A DNA stretch of 63,843 bases, the filler included, from Pirum gemmata (Eukaryota), in the NCBI GenBank assembly GCA_002812295.1. It is 32 parts of 32 records of this genome, joined end to end, with 100 filler letters (N's around TTAATTAATTAA, not from the genome) between each part and the next. Parts side by side here need not be neighbours in the genome. Positions count along the whole stretch, not along the records: positions 62,324 to 63,843 come from PDIN01010540.1; 31 more parts are not named here. The stretch is one strand, 5' to 3'. The position numbers and the translations under genes were made by a program. Shown here piece by piece: positions 62,462 through 63,843 of this stretch (positions within the stretch are counted from its first letter, which is position 1; every line of letters begins with the position of its first letter). Below the pieces are notes generated by a model. That model had not been told where the DNA came from. It was given only the letters and a program-made list of their open reading frames with translations, and did no database searches.

Positions 62462-63644
62462 TTAATTTTGGAGTAGAGCTTGTGCAATGTTTAACTTTAC
62501 TTGATCTGGAAAATATTTTTCTAAAACAGTATAAAATTACAAACTGTACTTACTTTTTAAAGATTTAGAAAACATTTTTTGTAAATTTTCTGCTGATTTA
62601 TCTTGAAGATGAATTTGAAGTAGAGTTTTTTAAAATATAGTCTCTTTGTTTTGTTGATTTTTCATCAATTAGTTTTAACTTATTAACAGCAAAGTCTAAT
62701 GCCAACAATAAATGTAAATTTTCATCTACATTATCGATTAATTGTAACAATTTATTTTTGTTACTATTAAGTAAATCCCTAATATGATATGCCCATTTAT
62801 CATTTTTAAATCCAAATAAAACAAGTTCAAATATCAAACTATTTTCTTTAATAGCGTTAGAGAGAGCTTCAAGTGTTTTAATACTAAATCTAGTTATTAA
62901 TACTAAATGTACATCCGCATCATACAATGTATGACCGATACTAATAGACATAAGTGTATTATTGATTTTCAAAGCATCACTAATTTCTAGTATTCCAATT
63001 TCATCAATTAAATTATCACTTAAATCAAGTTCTCTGAGATTTTTATTAAATTTTAATCCATTAGCAATACTATTGTATTAATACCCTACAATTTTATTCA
63101 TATTAACATTTAATGAGAGAAGAACACTATTGCAATATATTAATGCTGATGCACCGACCTCGGAAATAAAATTACTTTCTATTGTAAGTATTTTTAAACA
63201 ACAATTTATTTCCAACATACGCATCAAATAAATAGCACCCTCATCATGAATTGAATTATCATTTAGAGAAAGAGTACTAATTGAATTATTTGTTTGTAAA
63301 ATGTTAGCTATTTTTTCAACTTCTTTATCATCTAACCCAATGTCATCAAGTTTAAGAGTATGCAGGAAATTTGTTTTTAAAATTTTAACAATTGTTTTAT
63401 CTAAACAATTATTAAAATTTCCAGTACAAACGTGAAAAACTTTTATTTTGTTATTTAAAAGTAGTGCATCTACTATTTTTATAAATCCTATTTCACTTAA
63501 CCTGTTATTAAATAAAAGTAATGATTTTAGTGTTTTACTACTTTTAATAACTTCAACTAAAATTGAAACATGTTCATCTTTAAGATGATGGTTTAAATTG
63601 ACTGTTTCTACAATATTTTCACAAAGAATTTTAAAGTCACTCAT
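62462..63644 (-). pseudogene. RI-type LRR gene disrupted by an in-frame TAA (63078-63080) and a probable frameshift near 62630
   Basis: MSDFKILC... 28-aa LRRs continue in frame across the stop (MNKIVGY*YNSIANGLKFNKNLRELDLSDNLI); a shifted frame continues KTLLQIHLQDK..., then a 33-nt gtaagt..tttag intron, then KYFPDQVKLNIAQALLQN-stop. Confidence 0.7.
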
Positions 63645-63843
63645 TTTTGTAATTTGTAATTTGTAAATTGTAATTGTAATTTGTAATTGCAATTGTAATT
63701 GTAATTGTAATTGTAATTTGTAATTAATTATAATTATAATTTTTTTTTATAAAAAAAATTCTTATTTATACTTTTTTTTTTTAAAAAAAGGTTACAATGG
63801 CACCGTGGGGTTACAAAGAAACAGAAGGGGTGAGATATCTACT

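Noticed and set aside
63068..63084. Stop-codon reassignment or a 15-nt micro-intron (gtattaatacaatag) rescuing the LRR gene
   Set aside because: Other genes here end normally at TAA (899, 9422, 25259); removing 15 nt would break the 28-aa LRR period; a second lesion exists downstream
1..63843. Functional gene cluster or operon spanning the window
   Set aside because: The contigs are concatenated arbitrarily; neighbourhood across linkers carries no information

Overview
This is not one continuous locus. It is about 32 short (mostly ~1.9 kb) draft-assembly contigs joined by an artificial N..TTAATTAATTAA..N linker, so adjacency across linkers means nothing. The DNA is very AT-rich, eukaryotic (GT-AG introns, standard code) and full of microsatellites, interstitial (TTAGGG)n tracts and several MITE families. 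Tyrosine-motif receptor tails plus a Q50 homeobox suggest a unicellular holozoan, possibly an ichthyosporean (inference). Recognisable genes or exons: LURP-one/scramblase-like, two RI-type LRR proteins (one disrupted), an LRR-TM receptor with a Tyr-repeat tail, a mitochondrial carrier, a CBM9-like GPI-type protein, a GT25-like glycosyltransferase, a multi-cNMP-domain protein, MOB1, a PP1-binding RVxF protein, purple acid phosphatase, a homeobox and an ABCC transporter, plus LINE and Copia RT remnants. The top finding is missed by the ORF track: a frameshifted Fanzor2/IS607-TnpB-like RNA-guided nuclease gene on the minus strand (about 39560-39990). It is followed by two stem-loops that pair fully only on that strand, a candidate omegaRNA scaffold. 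Also notable: a Copia RT-RNaseH fragment bracketed by 49-bp TIRs, an intronic satellite built from an ABCC exon end and its splice donor, and a homeobox apparently nested antisense in a phosphatase intron. All family calls come from motif recognition by eye; no searches were run.
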